64,000 nt of DNA from Polyangia bacterium (GCA_030424595.1 JAUHWG010000011.1:129130-193129), one strand, 5' to 3'; positions 49,959-59,565 are shown, counted from the stretch's first letter. Program-made: numbers and translations. The notes: generated by a model not told the origin, from the sequence alone.

Positions 49959-52061
49959 TCAGCGACCGGCGCTGTACTCCCCGAGGTAGCGCGCGAGCGC
50001 CCACGCGGGGAAGGTCTGGCGGTAGAGCCGGTAGTCGAGCACGGCGGTGTTGAAGAACACGCCGCTCGCGCGCTCTTCGGGCCAGCTCCCGTCCGCGTCC
50101 TGCTTCCTGCAGAGGTAGGCGATGCCGCGGGCGATCGCGTCATGGACGGCGCTGTCCTCGGGCTGCGCGCAGAGCATCAGCGTGAGCACAGCCCAAGCTG
50201 TCTGGACGACCAGGCTCGGCTCCTCCGGCGGGAGCTGGATGTCGGCCCCCTCGACGACGCCGCGGTAGCTCTCGGCCCAGCCGCCGTCCGGTCGCTGCGC
50301 GCGGCACAGCCAGCGGCCAGCCCGGGCGAGGGCAGGGTGGTGTCCGTCGAGGCCGCACGCGTGCAGGGCAGAGACCGCGAAGAAGGTCCCGTAGGTGTAG
50401 TTCACGCCCCAAAAACCGAGCCAAGCGCCGTTGACGTCCTGCGCCTTGAGCAGGAAGTCGCGGCCGCGCCCGATCGAACGATCGAGCTCCCGCTCAAGCT
50501 CGCGCGGGAGGGCGCCGCGGAGGGCATCCCGAGCGCAGACCAGGCCGCGGACGCAGGACGCCGTGCACTCCGCGTAGGAGTACTCGAGCATGCAGTTGCC
50601 GTACATCTCGGCGGGGTTGAAGTGGCGGATGACCATCGAGCCGCGGCGAGCCTCGTAGGAGCCGAAGCCTCCGTCGTCGTTCTGCCGCTGGAGGATGAAG
50701 CGGATCGCCGCGATCTGGCGGGTCCGGTCGAAGCTAGAGCTGTCCGTAAGACCAGCTCCTTGGGCGCGGAGCAGCGCCTCTAGGGCCTCCGCGGTGCAGT
50801 CGCTGACCGGCCACGGGTGGTCCTCGGTCGCGAAGCCCCAGCCCCCCGAGGCGGGCGCGCGGTGGTGCCGGGCGCCGTCGGTGATGTCGGCGAGGAGCTG
50901 GGCCTTGGGGAGCCAAGCGCAGGCGTCGGCGACGAGCTCCGCGGCGGTCGTGCTCGGCGGGCCCTCGCAGGCGGCCTGGACGACGAACGAGGTGTCCCAG
51001 ATGTCCGAGCGCGCGCCGACGATCCGCATGCCCTCGTCGTCGTCCTCCCAGACCCAGTACTCGAGGCCCTGGAGCACCGCGGGGAGCTCGGGGTGATCGG
51101 CGTCGCGCGAGGCGAGGGCGAGGGTGAAGAGGAGGCCGTTGACCGGCGAGAGGCAGACGTAGCCGGTCGAGCGGATCTCGAAGAGGATGTGCTCAAAGGC
51201 GTGGTCTAAGGCCCGCTTGCGGAGGAGCTTGGGCGAGAGTCGATCGATCACCCGGAGCCCGGCGAAGGCCGCCCGAAGCGCGGCGTTCGGCGCCTCGAAG
51301 AGGTCGGTGATCGCGATCGAGTGGCGGTAGTCGTCGAAGGGGACGTCGGCGTAGCCCTCCGGGTAGAGCTCGTCGCGGACAGCCGCGAGGAGGGGATCGT
51401 CGTCGGCCGTCACCCGCGCGCCGTAGACGTACGAGAGCCCGAGGTAGATCAGGCGCATATGACAGTAGAGGCGCCGCGGGTGGAAGGGGGAGGCCTCCGG
51501 GAGGAGCCAGATCTCCGGGACGATCGGCTGGACGCTCGCCCAGGGGTAGAGGCCCAGGAGCGCGAGCCAGACCCGACCCCAGGTCGGCAGGACCACGGGT
51601 CCGCCGTGGTTGTAGATCCAGCGCAGCGCGCCGGCGACCAGGGGATCCTCCGCGGGGGATCCGAGGAGGCGCAGGGCGATGTAGGCGAGGGTGGTGTGGA
51701 AGAGGTAGGACTCGCTGTCGGGGTGCATCCCCCAGCCGCCGTCCTCGCGGACCTGGAGCTCGAAGCTCTGGCGGATCCGTCGCCTGCGCGCCTCGGCGAT
51801 CGGCTTGCCGAGGATGTGCATCGTCATCACGTACTGGGAGACCAGCATCGTGTTCCAGATGACCTCACCGGCGAGGGCTCCGTTATCCTGCTGAACCGAG
51901 CGTAGGTGCTTGAGGGAGCGCTCGTAGCGGGTCGCGGCGCTGCGGAGCAGGTCCGCTTCGGGGCGGGCGTCGACGTTGACGCCGACCCCAGAGTGGGCTG
52001 GGTTCGTCATGCGGTGGTCTTCCTGAGGGCGCGCGTCGGGGGCGAGGCGCGGCCCGATCAA
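49959..52061 (-). CDS. Oxidosqualene cyclase (lanosterol/cycloartenol-synthase type triterpene cyclase)
   Basis: Catalytic motif WPVSDCTAEAL (the OSC-type DCTAE, not the SHC-type DxDDTA). RRLYCHMRLIYLGLSYVYG corresponds to the eukaryotic OSC MWCHCRQVYLPMSYCY block. Multiple QW-type repeats. Confidence 0.85.
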   Translation of the reverse strand: MIGPRLAPDARPQEDHRMTNPAHSGVGVNVDARPEADLLRSAATRYERSLKHLRSVQQDNGALAGEVIWNTMLVSQYVMTMHILGKPIAEARRRRIRQSFELQVREDGGWGMHPDSESYLFHTTLAYIALRLLGSPAEDPLVAGALRWIYNHGGPVVLPTWGRVWLALLGLYPWASVQPIVPEIWLLPEASPFHPRRLYCHMRLIYLGLSYVYGARVTADDDPLLAAVRDELYPEGYADVPFDDYRHSIAITDLFEAPNAALRAAFAGLRVIDRLSPKLLRKRALDHAFEHILFEIRSTGYVCLSPVNGLLFTLALASRDADHPELPAVLQGLEYWVWEDDDEGMRIVGARSDIWDTSFVVQAACEGPPSTTAAELVADACAWLPKAQLLADITDGARHHRAPASGGWGFATEDHPWPVSDCTAEALEALLRAQGAGLTDSSSFDRTRQIAAIRFILQRQNDDGGFGSYEARRGSMVIRHFNPAEMYGNCMLEYSYAECTASCVRGLVCARDALRGALPRELERELDRSIGRGRDFLLKAQDVNGAWLGFWGVNYTYGTFFAVSALHACGLDGHHPALARAGRWLCRAQRPDGGWAESYRGVVEGADIQLPPEEPSLVVQTAWAVLTLMLCAQPEDSAVHDAIARGIAYLCRKQDADGSWPEERASGVFFNTAVLDYRLYRQTFPAWALARYLGEYSAGR

Positions 52062-52795
52062 GGGGCCTTCTTGAAGATCAAGAAGTGTTGGTGGGGTAAG
52101 AATTTCTCCTCGCGCTCGAGGGCGAAGCCGGCGGCCTCGGCCTCGGCCTCGACGGCGTCGACGGAGCTGCGAAACTTGGGCTCGGGCGCGCCTGAGTCGG
52201 CGGGCGGGCTCGCGTCCGGGCGGAAGCCGATGATCACCAGGAGTCCGCCGGGCTTGAGCGCCGAGTTGAGCCGCTCTAGGTACTGGATCCGATCGCGGAT
52301 GTACGGGTAGGTGTTCGACATGAAGACCATGTCGATCTCCCCGGCCGGCAGCGCAGGATCGTCGTAGAAGGCGAGGTGAGGCTCGATGTTGGGCGTCCCC
52401 CAGGACTCCCGGTTGCGCTCGATGTGCTCGCGGAAGGTGTCGTCGACGTCGACCGCGTAGACCTTGCCGGCGGGGACCTCATGGGCGAGGCGACGCGAGA
52501 AGTAGCCCGAGCCCGCGCCGATGTCCGCGATCACCCCGTCCTTCGTCTCGATCGCGAGGCTGCGGACCACCCGATCGGGCATCGCCCAGGCGTCGCGCTC
52601 GTCCCGCTCAAACTCGGCGATCATCGCCTCTGGATCCGCGTAATGCTGGGGAAGACCGTCCTTTGGGGGACAGCCTGCGCCGAGGGCGAGGACCAGCAGG
52701 GACACACACGCGGCCGTCGTGTGGAGGAGCGCCGAGCCTCGTGATCGAACCATAGTCACAGGGTATGCGCGCGCTTGGTGCCTGTGAAGTCCCAT
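52058..52795 (-). CDS. Class I SAM-dependent methyltransferase, translationally coupled upstream of the oxidosqualene cyclase (4-nt overlap)
   Basis: Motif I VIADIGAGSGYF. Acidic post-I DVDD. The N-terminus from the first ATG looks like a lipoprotein signal (LLVLALGAGCP). A cytoplasmic protein starting at a later ATG is equally possible. Confidence 0.68.
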   Translation of the reverse strand: MGLHRHQARAYPVTMVRSRGSALLHTTAACVSLLVLALGAGCPPKDGLPQHYADPEAMIAEFERDERDAWAMPDRVVRSLAIETKDGVIADIGAGSGYFSRRLAHEVPAGKVYAVDVDDTFREHIERNRESWGTPNIEPHLAFYDDPALPAGEIDMVFMSNTYPYIRDRIQYLERLNSALKPGGLLVIIGFRPDASPPADSGAPEPKFRSSVDAVEAEAEAAGFALEREEKFLPHQHFLIFKKAP

Positions 52796-53664
52796 CGGCG
52801 GCCCTTGTCAGGTATGCTCCCGCCGCCGTGACCTCCACCACTCCCAGACCCAGCCGAGCCGCCCGGCGTCGCGCTGTCGGTGACCGGCTCCTCGCCGACG
52901 TCGGCGCGCTGTGGAGCGCTCTCCCCGTCGAGTGGCCGCGGCAGCCGCGTCCCTCCGAGGAGAGGTTGGCGGCGGGCGAGGAGGAGCTGCCGGGGTGGGG
53001 CTGGCGCGTGCGCCATACCTTCGCGGCGCTCCTCTTGCGACCGAAGCAGAGCTTCTCCCACGTCCAAGAGCCGGTCTCGCACGCGGCGGTGCTCGGCTTC
53101 TTGGCGACCGTTCGCTTGCCGCTGTGGATCGTCATCGTCGCCCTCGTCGCGGTGCAGGCTGCGATCGGCGGCGGCGGGACGACGACGCTGCGGCCGATCG
53201 ATGAGCTCCTCGATCCGCTCCTGGCCCAGGTGCTCTCGACCTGGCTACTGCTGATGGTCCCGGTCGGTCTGCCGCTCCTCTACTTCTTCTCGGGGATCCT
53301 CACGCACGTCGCCCTCGCCCTGACCGGGGGTGCTCCGCGTTCCATCGCCGCGACGATGCGGGCGACCGGCTATGCCCTTGGGGCGCCGCTGGCGGTGATG
53401 TCGATCGCCGAGGTGCCCCTCTACCTCGGCCTCCTCGGAAGCGTGCCCTACCTGGTCCTCCTCGGGCTGATGGCGCTCCTGTTCTTCCACCAGCTCGCGC
53501 ACGCGCTCGCCGGGACCCACCGGATTCCCTTCATCCGCGGGGTCTTGGTCGGCCTCGTCCCGCTGGCGCTCTTCATCGGCGCGGCCGCGGGGAGGGCGAT
53601 CTTCCTCCTGCCCGAGCTTCCCGGCTGGACGCCGCCGATGGCCAGCCCCTACCTCCTGCCATAG
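52765..53664 (+). CDS. Yip1-domain-like polytopic membrane protein
   Basis: Five hydrophobic helices with the general Yip1 arrangement. The start is uncertain. The ORF-track start overlaps the divergent methyltransferase gene, and GTG 52828 or later is possible. Confidence 0.45.
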   Translation: MRALGACEVPSAALVRYAPAAVTSTTPRPSRAARRRAVGDRLLADVGALWSALPVEWPRQPRPSEERLAAGEEELPGWGWRVRHTFAALLLRPKQSFSHVQEPVSHAAVLGFLATVRLPLWIVIVALVAVQAAIGGGGTTTLRPIDELLDPLLAQVLSTWLLLMVPVGLPLLYFFSGILTHVALALTGGAPRSIAATMRATGYALGAPLAVMSIAEVPLYLGLLGSVPYLVLLGLMALLFFHQLAHALAGTHRIPFIRGVLVGLVPLALFIGAAAGRAIFLLPELPGWTPPMASPYLLP

Positions 53665-53673
53665 GGGCGTCTG

Positions 53674-54093
53674 GTGACCTTCCGCTGGCCAGAGGCGGTC
53701 GGGGAGCGACTGTCTCTGACCTGGGAGGGGGAGGGGACTACGTCGGCGATGGTCGAGTCCGCGGCCGAGCGCTACTTCGAGCTCACCGGAGTGCTCGCAG
53801 CGGCCGACACTCTCGGCGTCGGTCCGGCGCTCAACCGCCGCACGGAGCGCGGCGGCCTCGGGGTGCTCGTCGGACCCGCGGAGGTCAGCGTCGAGATCGT
53901 CGGCCTCGGCCGACGGTGCGCGGTGATGGTGGTCGAGTGGCCTGCCGAGCAGGGCTCGGGGCGGGCCGAGCTCATCTGGTGCTGGCGAGACTCGGGGGGG
54001 CGTGCGGTGAGGATCCCGGAGGCCGCGAGGATCGGAATCCTCGCGCTCGATGGTCCGCGGCTCCCGGTCGCGCAGCGGCTCCCGGTCGCGTAG
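53674..54093 (+). CDS. Hypothetical protein; the last 18 nt are tandemly duplicated in-frame (RLPVAQ-RLPVA-stop)
   Basis: GTG start 10 nt after the Yip1-like stop. High GC3. cggctcccggtcgcgCAG / cggctcccggtcgcgTAG at 54058-54093. Confidence 0.4.
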   Translation: MTFRWPEAVGERLSLTWEGEGTTSAMVESAAERYFELTGVLAAADTLGVGPALNRRTERGGLGVLVGPAEVSVEIVGLGRRCAVMVVEWPAEQGSGRAELIWCWRDSGGRAVRIPEAARIGILALDGPRLPVAQRLPVA

Positions 54094-54135
54094 CGGCGCC
54101 GGGCGTAACGCGTCGTGACTGGGGGCGCGGCGGGC

Positions 54136-54864
54136 CTAGCCCTTGGCCGCTTCCTCGGCGCCCTCCGCAGCGCCCTCCGCGGGAGCCCCCTCGCCGTCGA
54201 CCCCGAGGACCGACTGGATCGCCGTGTTCAGCCCCGAGAGGTCGCTCGGCGCGACCGCCGAGAAGCGGACCCCGTTGCGCCCGTCCGCGAACATCAGGGT
54301 CCGGCTCTGGGTGATGTTGTAGTACTCGTCGAAGGCCTTGTTGCCGCCGTCCTCCTCCAGGGCCGGGATGACGACGGGGATCGTGATGTCGAGCTCCTCG
54401 CGCATCGCCTTGATCTTGGCGATCAGCTCCTCGCGGGCCTCGGTCGGGGTGACGCCCTTGCCGTCGCTGATCGCGGCGACGACTCCGAAGGCCTTGACCT
54501 TGTCCTCGCCGTACTTCTTGACGACCGCGTCGATGTTCTGCAGGTCATTGCGGAAGTCCGCGTCGTCGACGTCGCCGACCGCCATGATCTTGGGGCTGTT
54601 GCCGTAGCGGCAGACCTGGCAGTACTCCTCGCCGCTGTCGCAGTTGGTGATCTGGAAGGCGCGGAGCTTGCCGCCGACCCCCAGGCCGGAGTCTGCGAGG
54701 ACGCGGCTGTCGACCGGTTTGGCGGCCTCCTCAGCCTTGACGGGGGCGCTCTTGTCGGCCGGCGCGGGCGTAGCAGCCTCGGCCGCTGCGTCATCGGCGC
54801 CGGGCTGGGGCGCTCCGCAGGCGACGAGGAGGGTGGCCACGAGCGTCAGGGATGTCTTCTTCAT
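54136..54864 (-). CDS. Hypothetical lipoprotein with a Cys-x-x-Cys pair
   Basis: ATG at 54864 with GGAGAG 8 nt upstream. Lipobox LLVACGA. CDSGEEYCQVC motif. The ORF-track 5-prime extension to 55092 has no support. Confidence 0.55.
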   Translation of the reverse strand: MKKTSLTLVATLLVACGAPQPGADDAAAEAATPAPADKSAPVKAEEAAKPVDSRVLADSGLGVGGKLRAFQITNCDSGEEYCQVCRYGNSPKIMAVGDVDDADFRNDLQNIDAVVKKYGEDKVKAFGVVAAISDGKGVTPTEAREELIAKIKAMREELDITIPVVIPALEEDGGNKAFDEYYNITQSRTLMFADGRNGVRFSAVAPSDLSGLNTAIQSVLGVDGEGAPAEGAAEGAEEAAKG

Positions 54865-55326
54865 GCTTCTCTCCAGGGGACCAGCGGCAAGCATGGACCC
54901 GGACGGCTCGAGATTCCAGCCCGCACAGGCCGGTGACGGGAGCGGTCCGCGGTCGGTGGCGCGGCGATCCATGGAGACGATCGAGACCAGGACCTGAGGT
55001 CGACGAGGAGCTGCGAGATGCCCGATCGGGCGGTGCTGCGTGGTCGGGCGCCGCGATCCCAGCGATGGCCGGCGCCAGCTTCGGTCACGCACGGCGAGAT
55101 CGCCGATCGTTCATTGATCGACGTCTCGCGGTCATCCGTCCGGCGGTGGGCGCTCCCCGGCAGCCCCTGCGTTGGCGCGGTGATCGAGCCATCGTCGGTG
55201 ACGCCTCGGTACGCCCGTCTTCGCCGAGGAGGGGTCGTGGCGGTCCGTCGGCGTCGGCGCGCGGTGGGGGAAAGGAGGGCGTCGGACGCCCGTGGGGCCG
55301 GCGCCGCTGGGTTATAGTCAGCGCCG

Positions 55327-56952
55327 ATGTCGAGTTCTCGGCGCTCTTTCTTGGTTACGACGGGGCTCGCCTCCGCCGGCGCCCTCCTCCCGCGCTCGCG
55401 GGCCTGGGCAGCACCGGCGTTTCGCGAGCCGGCCGCAGATTCGGCGCCGTCGCCTGCGTCCCAGACCGAGGCGACCCTCGCGGTCTCCCGACTCCTCGCC
55501 GACGAGGCCCTCGCGAAGCGGGCGGTGGAGGTCGCCGAGAAGGCGGGGGCGACCTACGCCGACGCTCGCCTGGTTCTCTGGGCCCGCGAGCGCATCAGCG
55601 TCCGCGACGATCATATCTCCGGCGTCGGCGGCGGGGATGAGTACGGGATCGGCGTGCGCGTGCTCGCCGACGGAGCCTGGGGCTTCGCCGCCACCTCCGA
55701 GCTCAACCGCCGGAGCGTCGAGGCGTTGGCGAAGAAGGCCGTGGCGATGGCTCAGCGCAACGGTCGCCTGAGACGGTCGCCGATCGAGCTCGCGCCGACC
55801 CCGGTGGTGACCGGGACCTGGGTCGCTCCCTTCGAGACCGACCCCTTCAAGGTCCCGCTCCAGGACAAGGCCGACATGCTCCTCGGGGCAGCCGAGGCCG
55901 CGCTCCGGGTGCCGGGCATCTCCCACGTCAGCGCATCTCTGATGATCGTCCGCGAGGAGAAGCTCCTGATCACGAGCGAGGGCTCGCGGACCCATCAGGT
56001 CTTCTTCCGGACGATGCCCGGCCTGACCGCCAGCGCGGTCGACGTCCGCCAGGGCCGCTTCGCCTCGCGCGATCACGAGGTCGCGCCGATGCTCGCCGGC
56101 TGGGAGCACGTGGTCGGCGCGAAGCTGGTCGACGAGGCCCCGCGGATCGCCCAGGAGGCCCTGCAAAAGCTCCACGCAGCGACCGTCGAGCCCGGGCTCA
56201 AGACGGTGATCCTCGCGCCGAGCAACCTCTGGCTGACGATCCACGAGAGCATCGGCCACTCGACCGAGCTCGACCGCGCGCTGGGGATGGAGGCGAACTT
56301 CGCCGGCACTTCGTTCATCAAGCCCGAGACCACCGGCGAGCTGCGGATCGGCGCCGAGCGGGTCAACTTTTTCGCCGACCGGACCCAAGCCGGGGGGCTG
56401 GCGACGACCGCCTGGGACGATGAGGCCGTCGCCGCCCAGCGCTGGCCGATCGTCAAGGACGGGATCCTCGTCGGCTGGCAGACGACGCGCGAGCTCGCGG
56501 GGGCGATCGGCGAGAAGGCGAGCCGGGGCTGCTCCTACGCCGACTCCTACGGATCGATCGCCTTCCAGCGGATGCCCAACATCAGCCTCCAGCCCGGGAC
56601 CGAGGGGTACACGACGGAGGATCTGATCAACGCGACCGACGACGGCGTGCTGATCACCGGACGCGGGAGCTGGTCCATCGACCAGCAGCGCTACAATTTC
56701 CAGTTCGGCGGCCAGACCTTCTGGGAGATCAAGAACGGTCGTCTCCGCCGTCCGCTGCGGGACGTCGCCTACCAGGCGAACACGATCGAGTTTTGGAGCT
56801 CCTGTGACATGATCGGCGGTCCCGGCACCTATCGCCTCGGCGGCTCCTTTAGCGACGGCAAGGGCGAACCTGGGCAGGTCAACGCGGTCAGCCACGGCTG
56901 TCCGCCCGCGCGCTTCAAGGCGAACGTGCTCAACACAGGGGGTGGAAAGTGA
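55327..56952 (+). CDS. tldD: TldD-family metalloprotease with a twin-arginine (Tat) signal peptide
   Basis: SRRSFLVTTGLASAGALL Tat motif. HESIGHSTELD zinc site. C-terminal GxC...C motif region. Confidence 0.88.
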   Translation: MSSSRRSFLVTTGLASAGALLPRSRAWAAPAFREPAADSAPSPASQTEATLAVSRLLADEALAKRAVEVAEKAGATYADARLVLWARERISVRDDHISGVGGGDEYGIGVRVLADGAWGFAATSELNRRSVEALAKKAVAMAQRNGRLRRSPIELAPTPVVTGTWVAPFETDPFKVPLQDKADMLLGAAEAALRVPGISHVSASLMIVREEKLLITSEGSRTHQVFFRTMPGLTASAVDVRQGRFASRDHEVAPMLAGWEHVVGAKLVDEAPRIAQEALQKLHAATVEPGLKTVILAPSNLWLTIHESIGHSTELDRALGMEANFAGTSFIKPETTGELRIGAERVNFFADRTQAGGLATTAWDDEAVAAQRWPIVKDGILVGWQTTRELAGAIGEKASRGCSYADSYGSIAFQRMPNISLQPGTEGYTTEDLINATDDGVLITGRGSWSIDQQRYNFQFGGQTFWEIKNGRLRRPLRDVAYQANTIEFWSSCDMIGGPGTYRLGGSFSDGKGEPGQVNAVSHGCPPARFKANVLNTGGGK

Positions 56953-58277
56953 CGCTCCTCAGCAAGAAGGAGGCGCAGGCGATCACCAAGGCCGCGCTCA
57001 AGGCGAAGACGGTCGACGCGATCGCGGTGTCGATCACGTCGGAGATGAGCGGGTACCTCCGCTTCTCGCAGAACCAGGCGGCGGCGACCGGCGAGACCGA
57101 GCGCCTCGAGGTGTCGGTGACCGCGACCACCGGCGATCGCTCGGCGACCGTGACCGGGGCCTATGTCGACGACGCCGGCCTCAGGGCGCTCGTCGGTCGC
57201 GCCGAGGCGCTCGCCAAGCTCGCGCCGAAGAACCCCGAGAACATGCCGCCCGTCGCCGCGCAGACCTACCTCGCGGTCGACGAGGAGGACGCGAAGACCG
57301 CGAAGATGGGCGCCGAGGAGCGCTTTGACCTGACGCGGAAGCTGCTCCGCGTCGCCAACAAGGCGCGCCTCGACGCGGCCGGGATGGTCTCGCATCGGCA
57401 TCGCGCCGTGGCGATCGGCAACAGCGCTGGGCTCTTCGCCTACCACCCGTCGACCAGCGTGTCGCTGAGCATGACCTGCCGAACCCGCGACGGGACCGGC
57501 TCGGGCTGGGCGGCGGCGATGGAGCACCAGCTCGCTGCGATCGATGCGGCCGCCGTCGCCGAGCGGGCGGCCGAGAAGGCGGATCTCTCCAAGGATCCGG
57601 AGCCTGTCGAGCCGGGCGCCTACACGGTGATCCTCGAGCCTCAGGCGGTCGCCGAGCTCCTCCTCTTTCTCGGCTGGTCGCTCGATCGACGCAGCGCCGA
57701 CGAGGGGCGCAGCGCCTTCGCCAAGCCCGGCGGCGGGACTCAGATCGGCGAGGCGCTCTTCCACCCGTCGATCACGCTCCGCTCCGACCCGTCGGCGCCG
57801 GACCACCCATCCTCCCCCTTCGCCGGCGACGGTCAGGCGCTGCCGAAGACGACCTGGATCGACAAAGGTGTGCTCAAGACCCTGTCGACCTCGCGCTACT
57901 GGGCCGCCAAGAGCGGCGTCGCAGCGGTGCCGCAGCCGCGCTCGTTCATCCTGGACGGCACCTCGAAGACCGACGAGGAGCTGATCCAGGGGGTCGACGA
58001 AGGGATCCTGGTCACCCGCTTTTGGTACAACCGGATGCTCCAGCCGCAGTCGATCCTCGCGACCGGGCTGACCCGCGACGGCACGTTCCAGATCAAGGGG
58101 GGTAAGATCTCCAGGTCGATCAAGAACCTCCGCTACAACGAGAGCCCGCTGACGATGCTCAAGAGCGTCCTCGCGCTGGGGACCCCGAAGCGGGTCGCGG
58201 TCGACGGTCAGACGGTGGTCGTGCCGACGATGGTCGTCGGCGGCTTCACGTTTTCGAGCCTGAGCGACGCGGTCTGA
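56949..58277 (+). CDS. TldE/PmbA-family protein (TldD partner); no signal peptide
   Basis: PmbA_TldD fold. GTG start overlapping the tldD stop (GTGA). Confidence 0.82.
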   Translation: MTLLSKKEAQAITKAALKAKTVDAIAVSITSEMSGYLRFSQNQAAATGETERLEVSVTATTGDRSATVTGAYVDDAGLRALVGRAEALAKLAPKNPENMPPVAAQTYLAVDEEDAKTAKMGAEERFDLTRKLLRVANKARLDAAGMVSHRHRAVAIGNSAGLFAYHPSTSVSLSMTCRTRDGTGSGWAAAMEHQLAAIDAAAVAERAAEKADLSKDPEPVEPGAYTVILEPQAVAELLLFLGWSLDRRSADEGRSAFAKPGGGTQIGEALFHPSITLRSDPSAPDHPSSPFAGDGQALPKTTWIDKGVLKTLSTSRYWAAKSGVAAVPQPRSFILDGTSKTDEELIQGVDEGILVTRFWYNRMLQPQSILATGLTRDGTFQIKGGKISRSIKNLRYNESPLTMLKSVLALGTPKRVAVDGQTVVVPTMVVGGFTFSSLSDAV

Positions 58278-58369
58278 GCCCCTGACGAGGCCGATGCCGC
58301 CGCTTTCTTGCGGTCTCCGGGGTGGGGGAGGATGATGTCCTACATCCACCCACAACGGAGCATACCGGC

Positions 58370-58744
58370 ATGATCGAACGTCGCTCTCAGCGCAGCAGCA
58401 TCCCTTGGGAGGCCGCGAGCCTCTACCTGAAGTCCATCTCTGAGAACACGGGGCTCCACACCGTGGTTCTCGCCTCCAAGCAGGGGCTCTCGATCTCGGG
58501 GGTCGGCGAGCAGTCGACGGCCCTCGCGGCCGTCGCCCCGCTCGTCGCCGAGGAGCCCGCGAACCTCCAGGCGGAGCTCCTCCGGGGGATCACCTCCGGC
58601 GAGGAGGTCCAGATCTGGCGGGTTCAGATCCGCGGTCGCCCCTTCTACCTGGCGGCGCTGGGCGAGCCCAACCACCTGACCGAAGAGGTCCAGTTCACGA
58701 TCGATCGGATCTTCGGCCGCCCGGTCGAAGCCCTGCCGAACTGA
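58370..58744 (+). CDS. Roadblock/LC7-domain-like small protein
   Basis: 124 aa. LHTVVLASKQGLSISGVGEQSTALAAVAPLVA fits the Roadblock/LC7 pattern. GGAG 10 nt upstream. Confidence 0.45.
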   Translation: MIERRSQRSSIPWEAASLYLKSISENTGLHTVVLASKQGLSISGVGEQSTALAAVAPLVAEEPANLQAELLRGITSGEEVQIWRVQIRGRPFYLAALGEPNHLTEEVQFTIDRIFGRPVEALPN

Positions 58745-58859
58745 GCCGGCCCACTCGGGTGCACGCACTGGACGGGCGGCGCGAGAGCGTCGTCCGTCGT
58801 CGTGTTTGTCAGCGTGGAGAAGAGGGCGCCCCTCGCCGCCCGCCTGCTTGAAGGGCCTG

Positions 58860-59534
58860 CTAGGGCTCCGGGAGCCGCCAGTCGATCGGCTCCAGGCCGA
58901 GCTCCTGGAGGTGGCCGTTGATCGTCGAGAAGGGCTTCGAGCCGAAGAAGCCGTTGCGGGCGGAGAGCGGTGAGGGGTGCGTCCCCAGGATCACGACGTG
59001 ATGGTCGGCGACGAGCTTCGCCTTCTTCTTGGCGTAGCCGCCCCAGAGGACGAAGATCATCGGCGCTTCGCGCTGGCTCAGCGCCTTGATCACGGCCGTC
59101 GTGAACTTCTCCCAGCCCTTGCTCTTGTGGGAGTTGGGCTTGTGGGCGCGGACCGTGAGGACGGCGTTGATCATGAGGACGCCCTGCTCGGCCCAGCGGA
59201 CGAGGTTGCCGTGGCTAGGCCGCGGCAAGCCGAGATCGCTCTCGAGCTCCTTGTACATGTTGACCAGCGAGGGCGGCGTCTTGATCCCGGGCTTCACCGA
59301 GAAGGAGAGGCCGTGGGCCTGGCCGTCGTCGTGGTAGGGGTCCTGCCCGAGGATGACCACCTTGACCGCGTCGAAGGGGGTCAGCTCGAGGGCGGTGAAG
59401 ACCTCATCCTCAGGGGGGAAGACCTGCCCGCTCGCCCGCTCCTCGGCGAGGAAGGCGTCGAGCTCCTTGAAGTAGGGTTTGCTCAGCTCATCGCCGACGG
59501 CGCTGCGCCAGCTCTGGGGGAGGGTCATCGACAT
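58860..59534 (-). CDS. ung: Uracil-DNA glycosylase (family 1)
   Basis: VILGQDPYH water-activating loop. GVLMINAVLTV. HPSPLS. All family-1 UDG signatures are present. Confidence 0.93.
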   Translation of the reverse strand: MSMTLPQSWRSAVGDELSKPYFKELDAFLAEERASGQVFPPEDEVFTALELTPFDAVKVVILGQDPYHDDGQAHGLSFSVKPGIKTPPSLVNMYKELESDLGLPRPSHGNLVRWAEQGVLMINAVLTVRAHKPNSHKSKGWEKFTTAVIKALSQREAPMIFVLWGGYAKKKAKLVADHHVVILGTHPSPLSARNGFFGSKPFSTINGHLQELGLEPIDWRLPEP

Positions 59535-59565
59535 CGTGTGCTCCTAGGGGGTCGTGCGGCGACCA

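Noticed and set aside
52700-52795. Lipoprotein signal peptide on the SAM methyltransferase
   Set aside because: It is only present if translation starts at the first ATG. An internal Met (MIAEF…/MPDRVV…) gives a conventional cytoplasmic methyltransferase, which is biochemically more plausible. It is left as an open alternative rather than asserted.
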